In this document: positions 23,265-37,799 of the stretch, piece after piece
How positions within the stretch are numbered: position 1 is the first letter of the stretch
How the letters are laid out: each line of letters opens with the position of its first letter
Assembly (NCBI RefSeq): GCF_035084215.1
Contig: NC_090326.1
Span: 806,001-870,000, forward strand
Length of the DNA: 64,000 nucleotides
Direction of reading: 5' to 3'
Source: Heptranchias perlo
Taxonomy: Eukaryota
Notes under the pieces: generated by a model
Databases searched by the model: none
What the model saw: only the letters and a program-made list of their open reading frames with translations
What the model was told of the DNA's origin: nothing
Translations under genes and position numbers: made by a program

Positions 23265-26200
23265 ACAGCACGGTGGAAGCCATTCGGCCCATCATGTCTG
23301 TGCTGGATCTTTGAAAGAGATATAAAATTAGATTCACTCCCCCCATAGCCCTGCAATTTATTCTCCTTCAAGTATTTATCCAATTCCCTTTTGAAAGTTA
23401 TTATTAAATCTGCCTCCACCACCAATCCCGCTCATGACAACTCGCTGCGTAAAAAAGTTCTCCTCATTTCACATCTTGTTATTTTGCCAATTATCTTAAA
23501 TCGATGCCCTCTCGAGAACAATTTCTCATTGTCCACTCTAAAAAAAAACCTTCCTGATTTTGAACATCCCTATTAAATCTTCCCATTACCTTCTCTGATC
23601 TAAGGGGAAACATCCCAGCTTCTCTAGTCTCTCCACCGAACTGAAGCCCCTCATCCCTGGTTCTATTCTCGTAAATCTGGAGCAAAATATTCAGGGTTAT
23701 TTAACATTTCGGAAGGATAGGAAAACAAGGTAAAGGTGGTGGGGTAGCTCTGTTAATAAAGAATAAAATTGGTATAATAGTGAGAAATTATCTTGGCTCA
23801 GAAGATCAAGATGTCGAATCAATTTGGGTGGAGGTAAGAAATAGCAAGGGAAAGAAATCATTGGTGGGAGTAGTATATGGGCCCCCTAACAGTAGCTACA
23901 TTGTAGGGCAAAATATTAATCAAGAAATAAGGGGGCTTGTAAAAAAGGTAATGCAATAATCATGGGCGATTTTAACTTTCACATAGATTGGACAAATCAA
24001 ATTGGCAAAAATAGCACTGAGGAGTAGTTCATCGAGTGTACTAGGGACTGTTTCTTACACCAAAACGTCGGGGAACCAACCAGGGAACAGGCCATTTTGG
24101 ATCTGGTAATGGGTAACGAAACAGAATTAATTAATGATCTCAAAGTAAAAAATCCCTTGGCAAGCAGTGAACATAACATGAATGAATTTCACATCAAGTT
24201 TGAGAGCGAGGATCTTGGGTCCGAAACTATTGTAGTAAACTCAAATAAGGGCAATTATAAAGGAATGAGGGCAGAATTGGCTAAAGTGGACTGGATAAAC
24301 AGATTAGATGGTATGATGGTGGATAAGCAGTGGCAAACATTTAAAAAGATATTTTAAGACTGTGAGGAGGAAAGACGCCACAAAAAGGGTGAACAAACCA
24401 TGGTTAACTGAGGAAGTCAAGGATGGTATCAGGTTAAAAGAAAAATCATACAACATGGCAAAGATTACTGGTAAGACCGAAGATTGGGAAAACTTTTTAA
24501 AAACCAGCAAAGGATGATTAAAGAATAATAAAGAGGGAGAAAATACATTATGAGAGTAAACTAGCAAGAAATATATAAACTGACAGTAAAAGCTTCTACA
24601 AGTATATAAAAAGGAAGAGGGTAGCTAAAATAAACATTGGTGCCTTCGAGGGCGAGACTGGGGAAATAATAATGAAAAACAAGGAAATGGCAGAGGAATT
24701 GAACAGATATTTTGTATCTGTCTTCACAGTAGAAGACACTAATAATGTACCAATAATAGTAGGAAATCAAGGGGCAAAGGGGAGGGAGGAACTAAAAATA
24801 ATCACTACCAGTAAAGAAAAAGTACTAGGTACACTAATGGGTCTAAAGGATGACAAGTCTCCTGAACTTGATGGCTTGCATCTGAGGGTCTTAAAGGAAG
24901 TGGCTACAGAGACAGTGGATGCATTGGTTGTAATCTTCCAGAATTCAACAGATTCTGGAAAGGTCCCAGCGGATTGGAAAACCACAAACGTAACACCCCT
25001 ATTCAAGAAGGGAGTGAGACAGAAAGCAGGTAACTATAGACCAGTTAGATTAACATCTGTCATTGGGAAAATGCTGGAATCCATTATTAAGGAAGTAGTA
25101 GCAGGACATTTGGAGACTAATAATACAATCAATGAAAGTCAACATGGTTTTATGAAGTGGGAATCGTGCTTGACAAAATTATTAGAGTGATTTGAGGAAG
25201 TAACGGGCAGGGTAGATAAAGGGGAACCAATGGTTGCAGTATATTTGGATTTCCAAAAGGCATTCGATCAGGTGCCACATAAAAGATTACTGCACAAGAT
25301 AAGAGCTCGTGGTGTTTGGGGCAATATAATGGCATGGATAGAGGATTGGCTAACTAACAGAAAACAAAGAGATGTGATAAAAGGGTCATTTTCAAAATGG
25401 CAATCTGTAACTAGTGGGGTGCATGGAGGGCTCAGTGCTGGGGCCTCAACTATTTACAATATATATCAATGACTTGGATGAAGGAACAGAGTGTCTTGTG
25501 GCCAGATTTGCTGATGATGCAAAGATAGGTGTAAAAGCAAGTTGCGATGAGGACGCAAAGTGTCTGCAAATGGGCAAAAATTTGGCAGATGGAAAAATAA
25601 AAAAGCAAAATATTATTTGAATGGAGAAATACTACAAAATGCTGCGGTACAGAGCGGTCTGGATGTCCTCGAACATGAAACACAAAAAGTCAACATACAG
25701 GTGCAGCAGGTAATCCGGAAGGCAAACGGAATATTGGCCTCTATTTCTAGGGGGATTGAATATAAACGCAGGGAAGTCATGCTACAACTGTACAGGATGC
25801 TGGTGAGACCACACCTGGAGTCCTGCATACAGTTCCGGTGCCCGTTTCAAGGAAGGACATACTTGCATTGGAGGCATTTCAGGGAAGTTTCACTGGTTTG
25901 ATTCCGGGTATGGAAGGGTTGTCTTCCGAGGAAAGGTTGAACGGGTTGGGTCTAAATTCATTGGAGTTTAGAAGAATGAGAGGAGATCTTATTGAAGCAT
26001 ACAAGATTCTGAGGGGACTCGATAGGGTAGATGCCGAGAGGATGTTACCCCTCATGGGGGAATCTAAAACTAGGGGTCAGAGTTTCAGAATAAGGGGTCG
26101 CCCGTTTAAGATGGAAATTAGGAGGAATTTCTTCTCCCATAGGGTCGAGAATCTTTGGAATACTTTACCCCAAATAGCTGTGGAGGCTGAGTCATTGAAT

Positions 26201-26640
26201 ACATTCAAGGCTGAGTTAGTCAAATTTTTGATCAGCAAGGGAATCAAATGATATGGGGAAAAGGCGGGAAAGTGGATTTGAGATAAAAATCAGATCAGCC
26301 ATGATCTCATTGAATGGTGGAGCAGGCTCGAGGGGCCGATTGGCCTACCCCTGCTCCTATCTCTTATGGTCTTATGGTCTAAATCTCCTCTGCATTCTCT
26401 CTAAGGTCTTGACTTATTTCTAAAGTGTTATGCCCAGAATTGGACACAATACTCCAGCTGGGACCTAACCAGTTATTTATTTAACCAGTCCTTGCTAACT
26501 AATTCACTCTATACCTCTGTTTATAAAGCCAAGGATCCCGTCTGCTTTTTAACCACTTGTCTTGCCACTTTCAAACATTTGACTATGTAAACTCCCAGGT
26601 CTCTATGTTCCTGCATTCCCATTCTGTCCCGGATCCACTG
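23265..26640 (-). mobile_element. Old CR1 fragment (about 23265-23678 and 26381-26640) split by a younger CR1
   Basis: Colinear CR1-like sequence on both sides of the insertion. The right part is paralogous to window positions 1-170. Confidence 0.65.
23679..26379 (+). mobile_element. CR1 LINE, most of ORF2 (EN + RT), degenerate
   Basis: ORFs 24097..26251 with EN/RT motifs, (TCTTATGG)n tail, and TSD TAAATCT at 23672-23678 and 26380-26386. Same tail type as 7861-9089. Confidence 0.93.
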
Positions 26641-27471
26641 CAGTTCAGGGCAAATAATAATTATCAGAAAAAGGAACAAAATCAGAGTTAAACTCACCAT
26701 GATAGGGAAAAATAAATACATTTGGAAGTATTTTTATATAAATTATATCCCTTTTCTTTTGGAATCGAAATACCCCTGACCTTCAAATTGGGTTTTCAAT
26801 CGTGATGATGTTGAAGTAAATAGATTAGGATTAAAAGCACCAAACTGCGATGGCCAGGAATCAAAGTCAGCTCTGCTAACCAATTTACCACCATCGCTCA
26901 TTACAGGAGAGAAATGGAGTGTTTCTGTGGCGTTGGGGACTGAACCGCTTTAATCACACACAATAAAATCGTTCCCAAACATCAGCCTCTGAATAGACAC
27001 AGCAGGCTGTTGGACTTTGTCCTTTATTTAAACGGGTCTCTGATGGGCTTTTTCTCGATTCTCGTCACATAACTGAAGTCCCTCATCCATGGTACCATTC
27101 TAGTAAATCTCCCCTACATCCTTCTTAAAGTGTGGAGCTCAGAATGGGACACAATACTGCAGCTTGGGCTTAATCGGTAATTTATAAAGATTGAGCATAA
27201 CTTCCTTGCTTTTGTACTCTATGCCTCTATTTATAAAGCCAGTGATTCGGAAAGCTTTATCATATTGTCCTGTCACAATTGTATATATGTCTCCCCAAAT
27301 CTCTGTTCCTGCACCATCGTTAAAATTGTGCCATTTACTTTATATTGCCTCTCCTCGTTCTATCTTCCAAATTGCATCACTTTACAATTTTCTGCATTAA
27401 TATGAGGGATGGGCGAAGGCAATGATTGTGATTGGGTCATTAGGAGTGATGTCACAATGTTTCTTAACTCT

Positions 27472-28322
27472 AACCTCAAACAGACCATCGTTCGCAGCAA
27501 ATTACCTAGCTTTCAAGAGAACAGCGTCCACGACACACACAACCCTGCCACGGTAACCTCTGCAAGACATGCCAGATCATCGACACAGATACCACCATCA
27601 CACGAGAGGACACCACCCACCAGGTGCATGGTTCATACTCCTGTGACTCGGCCAACGTTGTCTACCTCATACGTTGCAGGAAAGGATGCCCCAGAGCATG
27701 GTACATTGGCGAGACCATGCAGACACTGCGACAACGGATGAACGGACACCGCACAACAATCGCCAAACAGGAGGGTTCCCTCCCAGTCGGGGAACACTTC
27801 AGCAGTCAAGGACATTCATCCACCGACTTTCGGGTAAGCGTACTCCAAGGCGGCCTTCGAGACACACGACAATGCAAAATCGTCGAGCAGAAATTGATAG
27901 CCAAGTTCCGCACCCATGAGGACGGCCTCAACCGGGATCTTGGGTTCATGTCACGCTACACGTTACCCCACCAGCGAACAAATGTTATCTGTTTTTAATA
28001 TAACGGGTCAGTTGCTGTCTTTTCTATGTTTCTACCTCTCTATCTCTGTTTTTTTTTGTTTGTTGTTTTTTTTTGGTGATTTGTATATTCTGCGAGACCT
28101 GGCAGGTAACACCTGTCTGTCTGCACACTGATTGCCTTGGCAACGGGCAGTTGAAAACACTGTCTGTACTCACCAAGCATTGTTCTGTGAATTATAAATG
28201 CGATTTCATTTCGAGGATTTCATTTTCACATCGTTCACCTGAGGAAGGAGGTAGCCTCCGAAAGCTTGTGAATTTAAAATAAAATTGCTGGACTATAACT
28301 TGGTGTTGTAAAATTGTTTACA
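27472..28322 (+). mobile_element. 5'-truncated Penelope-like element (GIY-YIG end plus pLTR) in the H2B promoter
   Basis: ORF 27624..27998 NVVYLIRCRKGCPRAWYIGET (GIY-YIG); nearly identical to 48794-49645. Confidence 0.93.
28234..28272 (+). ncRNA. Minimal type I hammerhead ribozyme motif in the Penelope pLTR
   Basis: TTCAC-CTGAGGA-A-GGAGG/TAG/CCTCC-GAAA-GC-TT-GTGAA: stem I, CUGANGA core, stem II, GAAA and palindromic AAGCTT in place of stem III. Confidence 0.75.
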
Positions 28323-28410
28323 CTCATTAATATGGGCCGATGACGTTAACCTATTTAATCCGAGCACGGAGCGGATTTAGGTCATTTTTCGGTCTGAAAT
28401 TGAGTTGAAA

Positions 28411-28785
28411 ATGCCTGAAGACAAGAAAGCAGCTCCCAAGAAGGGCGCCAAGAAAACCTTGAGTAAAGCACCAGCAAAGGGCGGCAAGAAGCGGAGAAGT
28501 ACGAGGAAGGAGAGTTACTCCATCTACATCTACAAAGTGATGAGGCAGGTTCACCCCGACACCGGCATCTCCTCCAAGGCGATGGGCATCATGAACTCCT
28601 TTGTGAACGATATTTTCGAGCGCATCGCGGGTGAGGCTTCCCGCCTGGCCCATTATAATAAACGGGCGACCATCAGCTCCCGAGAGATCCAGACCGCTGT
28701 GCGCCTCCTACTGCCCGGTGAACTGGCCAAGCACGCCGTGTCGGAAGGGACAAAGGCGGTGACCAAGTACACCAGCTCCAAGTAA
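28411..28785 (+). CDS. H2B: Histone H2B (intact ORF, promoter disrupted)
   Basis: [12 protein letters not shown]...TKYTSSK, 124 aa; stem-loop GGCTCTTTTAAGAGCC at 28822-28837. Confidence 0.95.
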   Translation: MPEDKKAAPKKGAKKTLSKAPAKGGKKRRSTRKESYSIYIYKVMRQVHPDTGISSKAMGIMNSFVNDIFERIAGEASRLAHYNKRATISSREIQTAVRLLLPGELAKHAVSEGTKAVTKYTSSK

Positions 28786-29724
28786 AACTCCACAATGAGC
28801 TGAAAGAAACGTAAACACAAAGGCTCTTTTAAGAGCCACCCACAGTCTCTCTGAAGTCGCTGTACCGACATCGCTGCCCAGTTTACTGTAAATATTCTGT
28901 AATTCTAGTTCTTCTGTAATTTAATTTGCAACCAGGAAGATTCCTATAATCACGGCCCGGTATAAACCTTTGGTCGCTGCACAGTTTCTTCCCAATACAC
29001 TAAGTATGGGACCCCTCTTAGACCAATTCATAGTCCATCTCTTCCCTCGCATGTGCCCCTAAAGAGCCGATTTAAGGGTGGTGAATCAGACTTAAATTAT
29101 TTATTTCTCTCCTTTTCTCGTTTGTTTAATTACTATTCGAGAATATCAGTATATGAACCTTATCCCTTTGTAATGTAGCAACCATAAATGGAACTTCACA
29201 CCGAGGACAGAATAGTTTAAAGGCTCTGTCACTGTTCGACTTCATAAACTAGGAGTCTCGGCTCCGGTTTAGATCCCACAGCAACTCCTGTGAACAGGCA
29301 TCAATCCACAATCTGTGGTTTGTTACTTTTATGTAGATTGAGCTGGAATCTGTCGCGTTCCTATTGTGAACGGGGCTTTATACCCGCCCGGTTAAAAGCG
29401 AAAGGAGAATGATGCGGAATTTAAGGGTCTCGAATTTGTGACGGGAAATGTGGAATAATAGAATATAAGGAGAGGAATTTTAAAATCTTTGTCTTAAGAC
29501 GACAATATTTGCTTCTTGTGTTACAAGTATATTGGCGGGCTTTTCAAATTTCAAAAAACGATTCCGTTCTGATAATTGGGGCCGGGATTTCCGCGCTTTT
29601 CTCATTGTCGTCTGTTCATTGGTGAATAAAACCGCTCTCTGATTAGTTCAATGAAGAACCCAATGAGATTAAGAACAGATGGACCAATCACAATTGCCCC
29701 AGTGTAATCCTCCAGAAGGTATAA

Positions 29725-30174
<450 letters not shown>

Positions 30175-31399
30175 ATCGACTAAGATTTAATCTGATAATC
30201 CAAAGGCTCTTTTCAGAGCCACCCACTGTATCTATGAAAGGGCTGGTCACTGTCTGTAGAGAGTCAGAGTGATTGATTTAATAATAAAGCGACCTGTTTC
30301 AGATCTGGACATTTCACTCTCCTTGTCTTGATTTCATGCCCCCGTGACGCTGAACACAATTCCGATTCTCGAAATAACTGCCTCCCGTTAGTTAGAAACT
30401 AACAACATCTTGTTAAATACAAATAATCCATATCGGCCTGTTACAGTACTCGCTTCCGGACAGTAGATGTCGCCAACCTTGAGATTTGCAGATTGTACAG
30501 GAAATGAGGCACAAACTAATCATAATTATCATTTAAATTTGGCGGGTGGGATACAGAAATACCAGGGACGTTTGATCATCGCAACAAGAGGCACTCTTTT
30601 GTGTCCCGGCCATTATTATTTACAGTCTCATCCTCCGACAACACTTACACGGTTTTTCTTCTGTTACCCAGAGTTGTACGCCAGAAGGTGACTGATGTGT
30701 TGATTATTGTATGAGCGATTGCTGAATCAGTGAATTAAATTGTCTGTTATTGGATCTGAGTGAGGGATTTTTCTGTCCCTGTTAGTCTGTCCCTATATCA
30801 GTCATAAATGGCGCGGTGAATGTGACACTAATGTTTTACACTGCTTCTGATTCTAATGCTGAGAGAGCAAGACACACTTTGTCTTTGGGTCTATTAGTGC
30901 GAGTGGGATCGAAATTAGATCTTTCTGTATCTGTTTGCCAGTACTTCTTCTGTCCGAACGTGGCATTGGATGTGATGATGGGACTCAGTCTGCGCAGTAT
31001 GAGTGGAATTCACCTCCCGCCAATCGTGGGTGTGTGTGGAAATTAAACTGCCTCCGTTTCAAATACGTTATGTTGGTTTGTCTGGAATTGACACCTTTGT
31101 TAGTCTGTCTGTGGTGAGTATAAAATTAACATTGCTACTATATCTCCCCAAAACTTCACAGATCAGCTTTACTCCCATCACCCTGGTATTATGATGAGCT
31201 ATGAGATGGGCAGTTTATAAATATTAGCCCTGCCCCGGCTCACATCCACTCACTCCCCTTTGTGAATTTCCCGTTTAAGTAAATTTCTTTGAACTGCACG
31301 GCACCGCGATTTCAACAGGAGACCACAGGTCTTTCCAGCGCCGATTTGGTGGCTCTGAAAAGAGCAAATGTTGCACTTGGTGCTGAAGCCGGGTCGGGT

Positions 31400-31825
<426 letters not shown>

Positions 31826-32138
31826 TTAAACATTAAATTCGAAAAGCCCGCCAATTTCAGTGCATCAAATTTCAAGAAAAACGCATTTCATGTCAATAAT
31901 TTAAAAAATTTTAATTTAAAAAAATTACAATCTTGATTATTCTTTTATGGTCAACTCATATTCCCGGCTGTTCTACATTCCGGTTCAACTCGGGTTCATT
32001 GTTTGAGCGGGCTGTAAACGGGTGGGAAGAAAAGCTCGGCCGCTGTTTCTGATCTCTGACGATTTTTATTGAATCTCCTCATATTAATGAAATATCTGAC
32101 GTTAATACCCCCACTATTATCAGCCTGTTCCCAGGTCA

Positions 32139-32527
<389 letters not shown>

Positions 32528-32630
32528 GAAAATTCTTCACTCAAATCGCTGCTGAATGAGAAACAAAGTGGTTCTGCAATCGTTTTTATGCAGCCCGCCC
32601 TGACCTGACTGAGAAAGACACAGGGTGAGA

Positions 32631-33990
32631 GAGGGAGTGGAGGAGAGAGAGTGAGATATTAAACAGAGAGGGGAGGAGAGAGAGTGAGATATTAAACAGA
32701 GAGGGGAGGAGAGAGAGTGAGATATTAAACAGAGAGGGGAGGAGAGAGAGTGAGATATTAAACAGAGAGGGGAGGAGGCAGAGTGAGATATTAAACAGAG
32801 AGGGGAGGAGAGAGAGTGAGATATTAAACAGAGAGGGGAGGAGGCAGAGTGAGATATTAAACAGAGAGGGGAGGAGAGAGGGTGAGATATTAAACAGAGA
32901 GGGGAGGAGAGAGAGTGAGATATTAAACAGAGAGGGGAGGAGAGAGAGTGAGATATTAAACAGAGAGGGGAGGAGAGAGAGTGAGATATTAAACAGAGAG
33001 GGGAGGAGGCAGAGTGAGATATTAAACAGAGAGGGGAGGAGAGAGAGTGAGATATTAAACAGAGAGGGGAGGAGGCAGAGTGAGATATTAAACAGAGAGG
33101 GGAAGAGAGAGGGTGAGATATTAAACAGAGAGGGGAGGAGAGAGAGTGAGATATTAAACAGAGAGGGGAAGAGAGAGAGTGAGATATTAAAGAGAGAGGA
33201 GGAGACAGGTTGAGATATTTAACAGAGAGGGGAGGAGAGAGTGAGATAGCAAAGAGAGAGGGGAGGAGACAGAGTTAGATATTAAACAGAGGGGGGAGGA
33301 GAGAGAGTGATATATTGAACTGAGAGGGGAGGAGAGAGAGAGTGAGATATTAAACAGAGAGGGGAGGAGAGAGAGTGAGATATTAAACAGCGAGGGGAGA
33401 CAGAGTGAGATATTAAATCGAGAGGAAAGGAGAGAGAGTGAGATATTAAACAGAGAGGGGAGGAGAGAGAGTGAGATATTAAACAGAGAGGGGAGGAGAG
33501 AGAGTGAGATATTAAACAGAGAGGGGAGGAGCCAGAGTAAGATATTAAACAGAGGGGGGAGGAGAGAGAGTGAGATATTAAACAGAGAGGGGAGGAGAGA
33601 GAGTGAGATATTGAACAGGGAGGGGAGGAGAGAGAGTGAGATATTAAGCAGAGAGGGGAGGAGGCAGAGTGTGATATTAAATAGAGAGGAAAGGAAAGAG
33701 AGTGAGTTAGTAAACAGAGAGAAAAGGAGAGAGAGTGAGATATTAAACAGAGAGGAGGAGCCAAAGTGAGATATTAAATAGAGAGGAAAGGAGAAAGAGT
33801 GAGATATTAAACAGAGAAGGAAGGCGACAGAGTGAAATATTAAACAGAGAGGGGAGGAGACAGTGAGATATTAAACAGAGAGGGGAGGAGACTGAGTGAG
33901 ACATTAAACAGAGAGGGGAGGAGACAGGGTGAAACAGTAAACAGAGAGGGGTGGAGAAAGAGCGAGACAGTAAACAGAGTGGGGAAGAGA
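32631..33990. repeat. 33-bp purine-rich minisatellite, about 40 copies (GAGAGTGAGATATTAAACAGAGAGGGGAGGAGA)
   Basis: Homogeneous units on the left that diverge rightwards; lies immediately upstream of H4. Confidence 0.96.
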
Positions 33991-35409
33991 CAGCCAGGGT
34001 GACAGAGAGCGACCTCTGATCTTCCAGCTCCACCTCCAGCTTTCTCAATCCGCAAATTTCAAACCGTTTATCGATAATAGAACCGAAACACAGAGCTCGG
34101 TACAAACCCTTACAGACTCGGACTTCATATTCAAGGATTTCCAGAAACCCGGAGCTTTCGCGCACAGAAATTTGTTTGGTTAAGATGGAGATATAAATTA
34201 TCCGCTCTGGGCTCCGCCAGTCTCTTTATGTTTCTCGCTTCTCCTAAACTGACTGACAGATAATAGTAACTTGTGTCCTATCCTTCCCATTCTCAACACC
34301 CAGAGACGGCTAGTTGCTGTATAAATTCGGCACTTACAGACAGTACAGTGTCAGGCACTAACAGGCTGTTTCTCTCCACCATTCCTTACAGGGCTGGAGA
34401 CAGATAAATGCACCGTCAGTCCGGCTCATACGTACCAGAAAGGAGAGTGACCGTCTCACCAACAGCACAAAGACACAGAATCAGACTTTCACTCATCATC
34501 AGTGTATCCACATTACGCTCAGTAAGAGCATCAAACCTTCGTGTACATCACTAGAGCGAGAGAGATAAAGACAGGCGCAGGATCAGCCTTACACTTCCTT
34601 TCAGTGTGTCTGTATCACACCGAATAACAGTATCCCACCTTCTTATATTGTACGAGAGAGAGAGAAGCTGACCTGTAATATTCCGTTTTCACCCAGTGAC
34701 AAATTAGGAAATATTCCATTCCAATTGCTATTCCATATTGGAGTGACAAAAGATGCACTTTCATCTCTCACTGATATTGTTTCAGACACACACGTTATTA
34801 TTCCCACTCTCAGGGACAGTGTCGGGGAATGAGAAAAAAGTCACATATATAACCCTCTCTTGCACATTGTACCCTCTGCAATTTTGCACCTCAGGGCCGT
34901 TCGGCATTGCTCTCAGTGACCGAGAGTTTGACTCCGATTGAAATAAACTGGGACTGTTGGTGTCAGATATTAATCTTACACAGTCCCAGCAAATACACCG
35001 ACTCCCACTTTCCTCCCACGTTTCTCCAGGATTGGTTTGAGAAATCCTTCCTCCAGTTTCGGAGTCGCACGTTACTTTATCAGTAAAGGGGCCAAGAATG
35101 AACAGAACACATTGGCTCATTTCACAGCCGCCCATTTTATCCATGAAAGACTCTTTACCATTAAAAGATACCGAGAGAAAGAGCAGGGATGGAAACATTT
35201 AGTTTAATAGTTAGAGATTGTAAAGTCAGTCTGGATTACAGCGTTCGGCACTGGTGGAATCCCATCTGTTTTACATTCTGGTGCCTGTCCCTGCTCTGTC
35301 TGTGACCCCATTCCCTCTGACCTTTCCCCCAGCCCCAGTTCCTTTGCTCAGACTCTGAAAAATTCCAACTGGGGAAAGTTCCCATCGATTTCTGTATTCT
35401 GAATTAAGC

Positions 35410-35800
35410 CGGATATCTGCGCGTGCGTGACTCAGTCCCGCCCCCAAAGCGGATTGTTACTGAGCAGAAGTGCGCATGCGCGCTCCCCTCCCCTAGCTTT
35501 GTCTGTGGGCGCCATTCCCTCAGAGAGCGGAAGAAGATGGTTTAAAACAGGTCAGAAAGGAGAGATCACGGTCCCCGGAGTAAGGGAGCAAAGAGCAGCC
35601 TCGTTACAGCAGCTCATCGCTTCGGGACCGTGTCCGCAGATGGGCTCAGAGATCGCCATTGAGTCCGTGGTAAGTTCAGGGGGGAGTCCTGGGGCTGTTC
35701 GTAAGAGGCGGAGTGGATCAGGAACTGGTCCCGGAACATGGAGTGAGCGGGGGAAGGGAGAGGCCATTCTCGGGCTGTGTGTGTGCAGGGTGTGTCCAGC
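35410..35800 (+). promoter_or_regulatory. Second copy of the CpG-rich promoter-like segment
   Basis: TGCGCATGCGC at 35471-35481, GAGCGGAAGAAGATGG, and GTAAGT at 35670. Confidence 0.5.
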
Positions 35801-35948
35801 GGAAGGGAGACAGAATGGGAAGAACCTGCCATTTAAAATCATTGCTGCTTTCTCTCGGCAATCAACAGTGAATATTCTCGGTTTATTTCCAATGTCGCTG
35901 TGTTTAGGAACATGGGAATATATGTAGATCTGTTCCGTCATTCAATTA

Positions 35949-36179
35949 TGATGTGGAGATGCCGGTGATGGACTGGGGTTGACAATTGTAAACAATTTTA
36001 CAACACCAAGTTATAGTCCAGCAATTTTATTTTAAATTCACAAGCTTTCGGAGGCTTCCTCCTTCGTCAGGTGAACGATGTGAAAATTTCACCTGACGAA
36101 GGAGGAAGCCTCCGAAAGCTTGTGAATTTAAAATAAAATTGCTGGACTATAACTTGGTGTTGTAAAATTGTTTACAATT
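35949..36179. mobile_element. Fold-back Penelope pLTR mini-insertion with two opposed hammerhead motifs
   Basis: About 95-bp perfect inverted arms; hammerhead motifs at 36037-36075 (-) and 36088-36126 (+); TSD GTCATTCAATTA at 35937-35948 and 36180-36191. Confidence 0.9.
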
Positions 36180-36189
36180 GTCATTCAAT

Positions 36190-36800
36190 TAGACCGTGGA
36201 TGATCTGTATCTTAACTCGATCCGTCCAATAACCCTTAATACCCTTACCTAACAAAAATCTATCAATCTCAGTTTTGAAATTTTCAATTGATCTGCAGCC
36301 TCAACAGCTTTTTGGGGGCGAGAGTTCTGGAATTCCACTCCCCTTTGTGTGAAGAAGTGCTTCCTGACATCACCCCTGAAAGGCCTCGCTCTAATGTTAA
36401 GCTTATGCCCTCTTGTTTTCAATTCTCCCACCAAAGGAAATAGTTTCACTCTATCTACCCTATCAAATCCTTTAATCATTTTAAGCAACTCAATTAGGTC
36501 ACCCCTTAATCTTCTATATTGAAGATAATACCAGCCTAGTGTATTCAACCTGTCCACATAACTTAACCCTTTTAGTCATGGTATCATACTGGTGAAACTG
36601 TGCTGCACACCCTCCAAGACCAATATATTCTTCCAAATATTCGGTGCCTAGAACTGAACATTTTCTCCAGATGGGGTCTAATGAGGGCTGTGTACAGCTG
36701 TAACATAACTTGCACCCATTTGTATTCCATCCCTCTTGAGATAAAGGCCGACATTCCATTAGCCATTTAAATTATTTTTTGTACCTGTCCACTAAATTTT
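36190..36800 (-). mobile_element. CR1 3' fragment
   Basis: ORFs 36249..36557 (RRLRGDLIE...TRGH...HFFTQR) and 36584..36766. Confidence 0.85.
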
Positions 36801-37799
36801 AGTGTTTTTTATTGAGCAATAAACAGAGCCGGACAGTAAGGATGTGGGGAGTTATACAAAGAGCATCTATCGCAGGCACCAGTTGCGAAGATGTGAAGGA
36901 TACATTTTAAACAGTGCCTGTTTTGTTTCAGTTGAACGGTTCATCCCATGGGAGAGGGGATTAGTCACTTGACCTGTACAAAGGTCCCTGTCCCATCGGG
37001 TAGTCCCATTCATGGATCAATGCAGGGGTTGGGTTGTGTCAGGATATCACAAAACTGCTGTAAAACCATCCAACACACCTGGTATGCAGAAGCAGAGTGC
37101 TGCAGTAATACAGTGGAGTCAGATACTGACACTGTTCGTATTGCTGGTTTTCTTTTGTAGATAGCACAGTGATTATTAACAGGGAGATTCAATTGATGGC
37201 ATTTTTCATTTTCTCCCTCACCTGTTCTTGAGTTACAAGAGATATTTTTTCTTCCTACAGGCAAATACTTGAAGGAGCCAGAATAAATGTGATGGTTCCT
37301 CCACCCGTGGTACAAGGAACAGTGCAACCAGCACCTTCTCACCAACAGTAGGTACATTATCACTCACAAAGCACAGAGACACAGACGGGTTATCAGTTCC
37401 ACAGTCTCAGACAGCAGGAAGAGTCAATCGCACACTGATCCCAATCCCAACAGTCAAACAGAGCAGGACAGACATAATTTCCATTTCACAACTACTCAGT
37501 ACCAGTGACTGGCAGATAAATAAACCCCAGTCCAAAAACGCACCCAGTATCAGATTGAAAGGCACTGTGTCAAACTCACATTAGTTCAGCCTTAGCTACA
37601 AATTAAATACCAGATAGAACTGACACATGGTACCAATTGAAAGGTACAGAATGAATCACAATGATGTACCCCGAGATTCAAATTAAATATCAGCCAACAA
37701 ATCACACACATTCTGAGTTTAAAGATGCAGTATTCATGCCAATAGTGTAACCTGAGATACGAATTCTATACCAGTTCAGGTGTTACCCATATTTGACTC

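Noticed and set aside
33282-34165. Ser/Leu/Cys-rich repetitive ORFs
   Set aside because: Translations of the 33-bp minisatellite.
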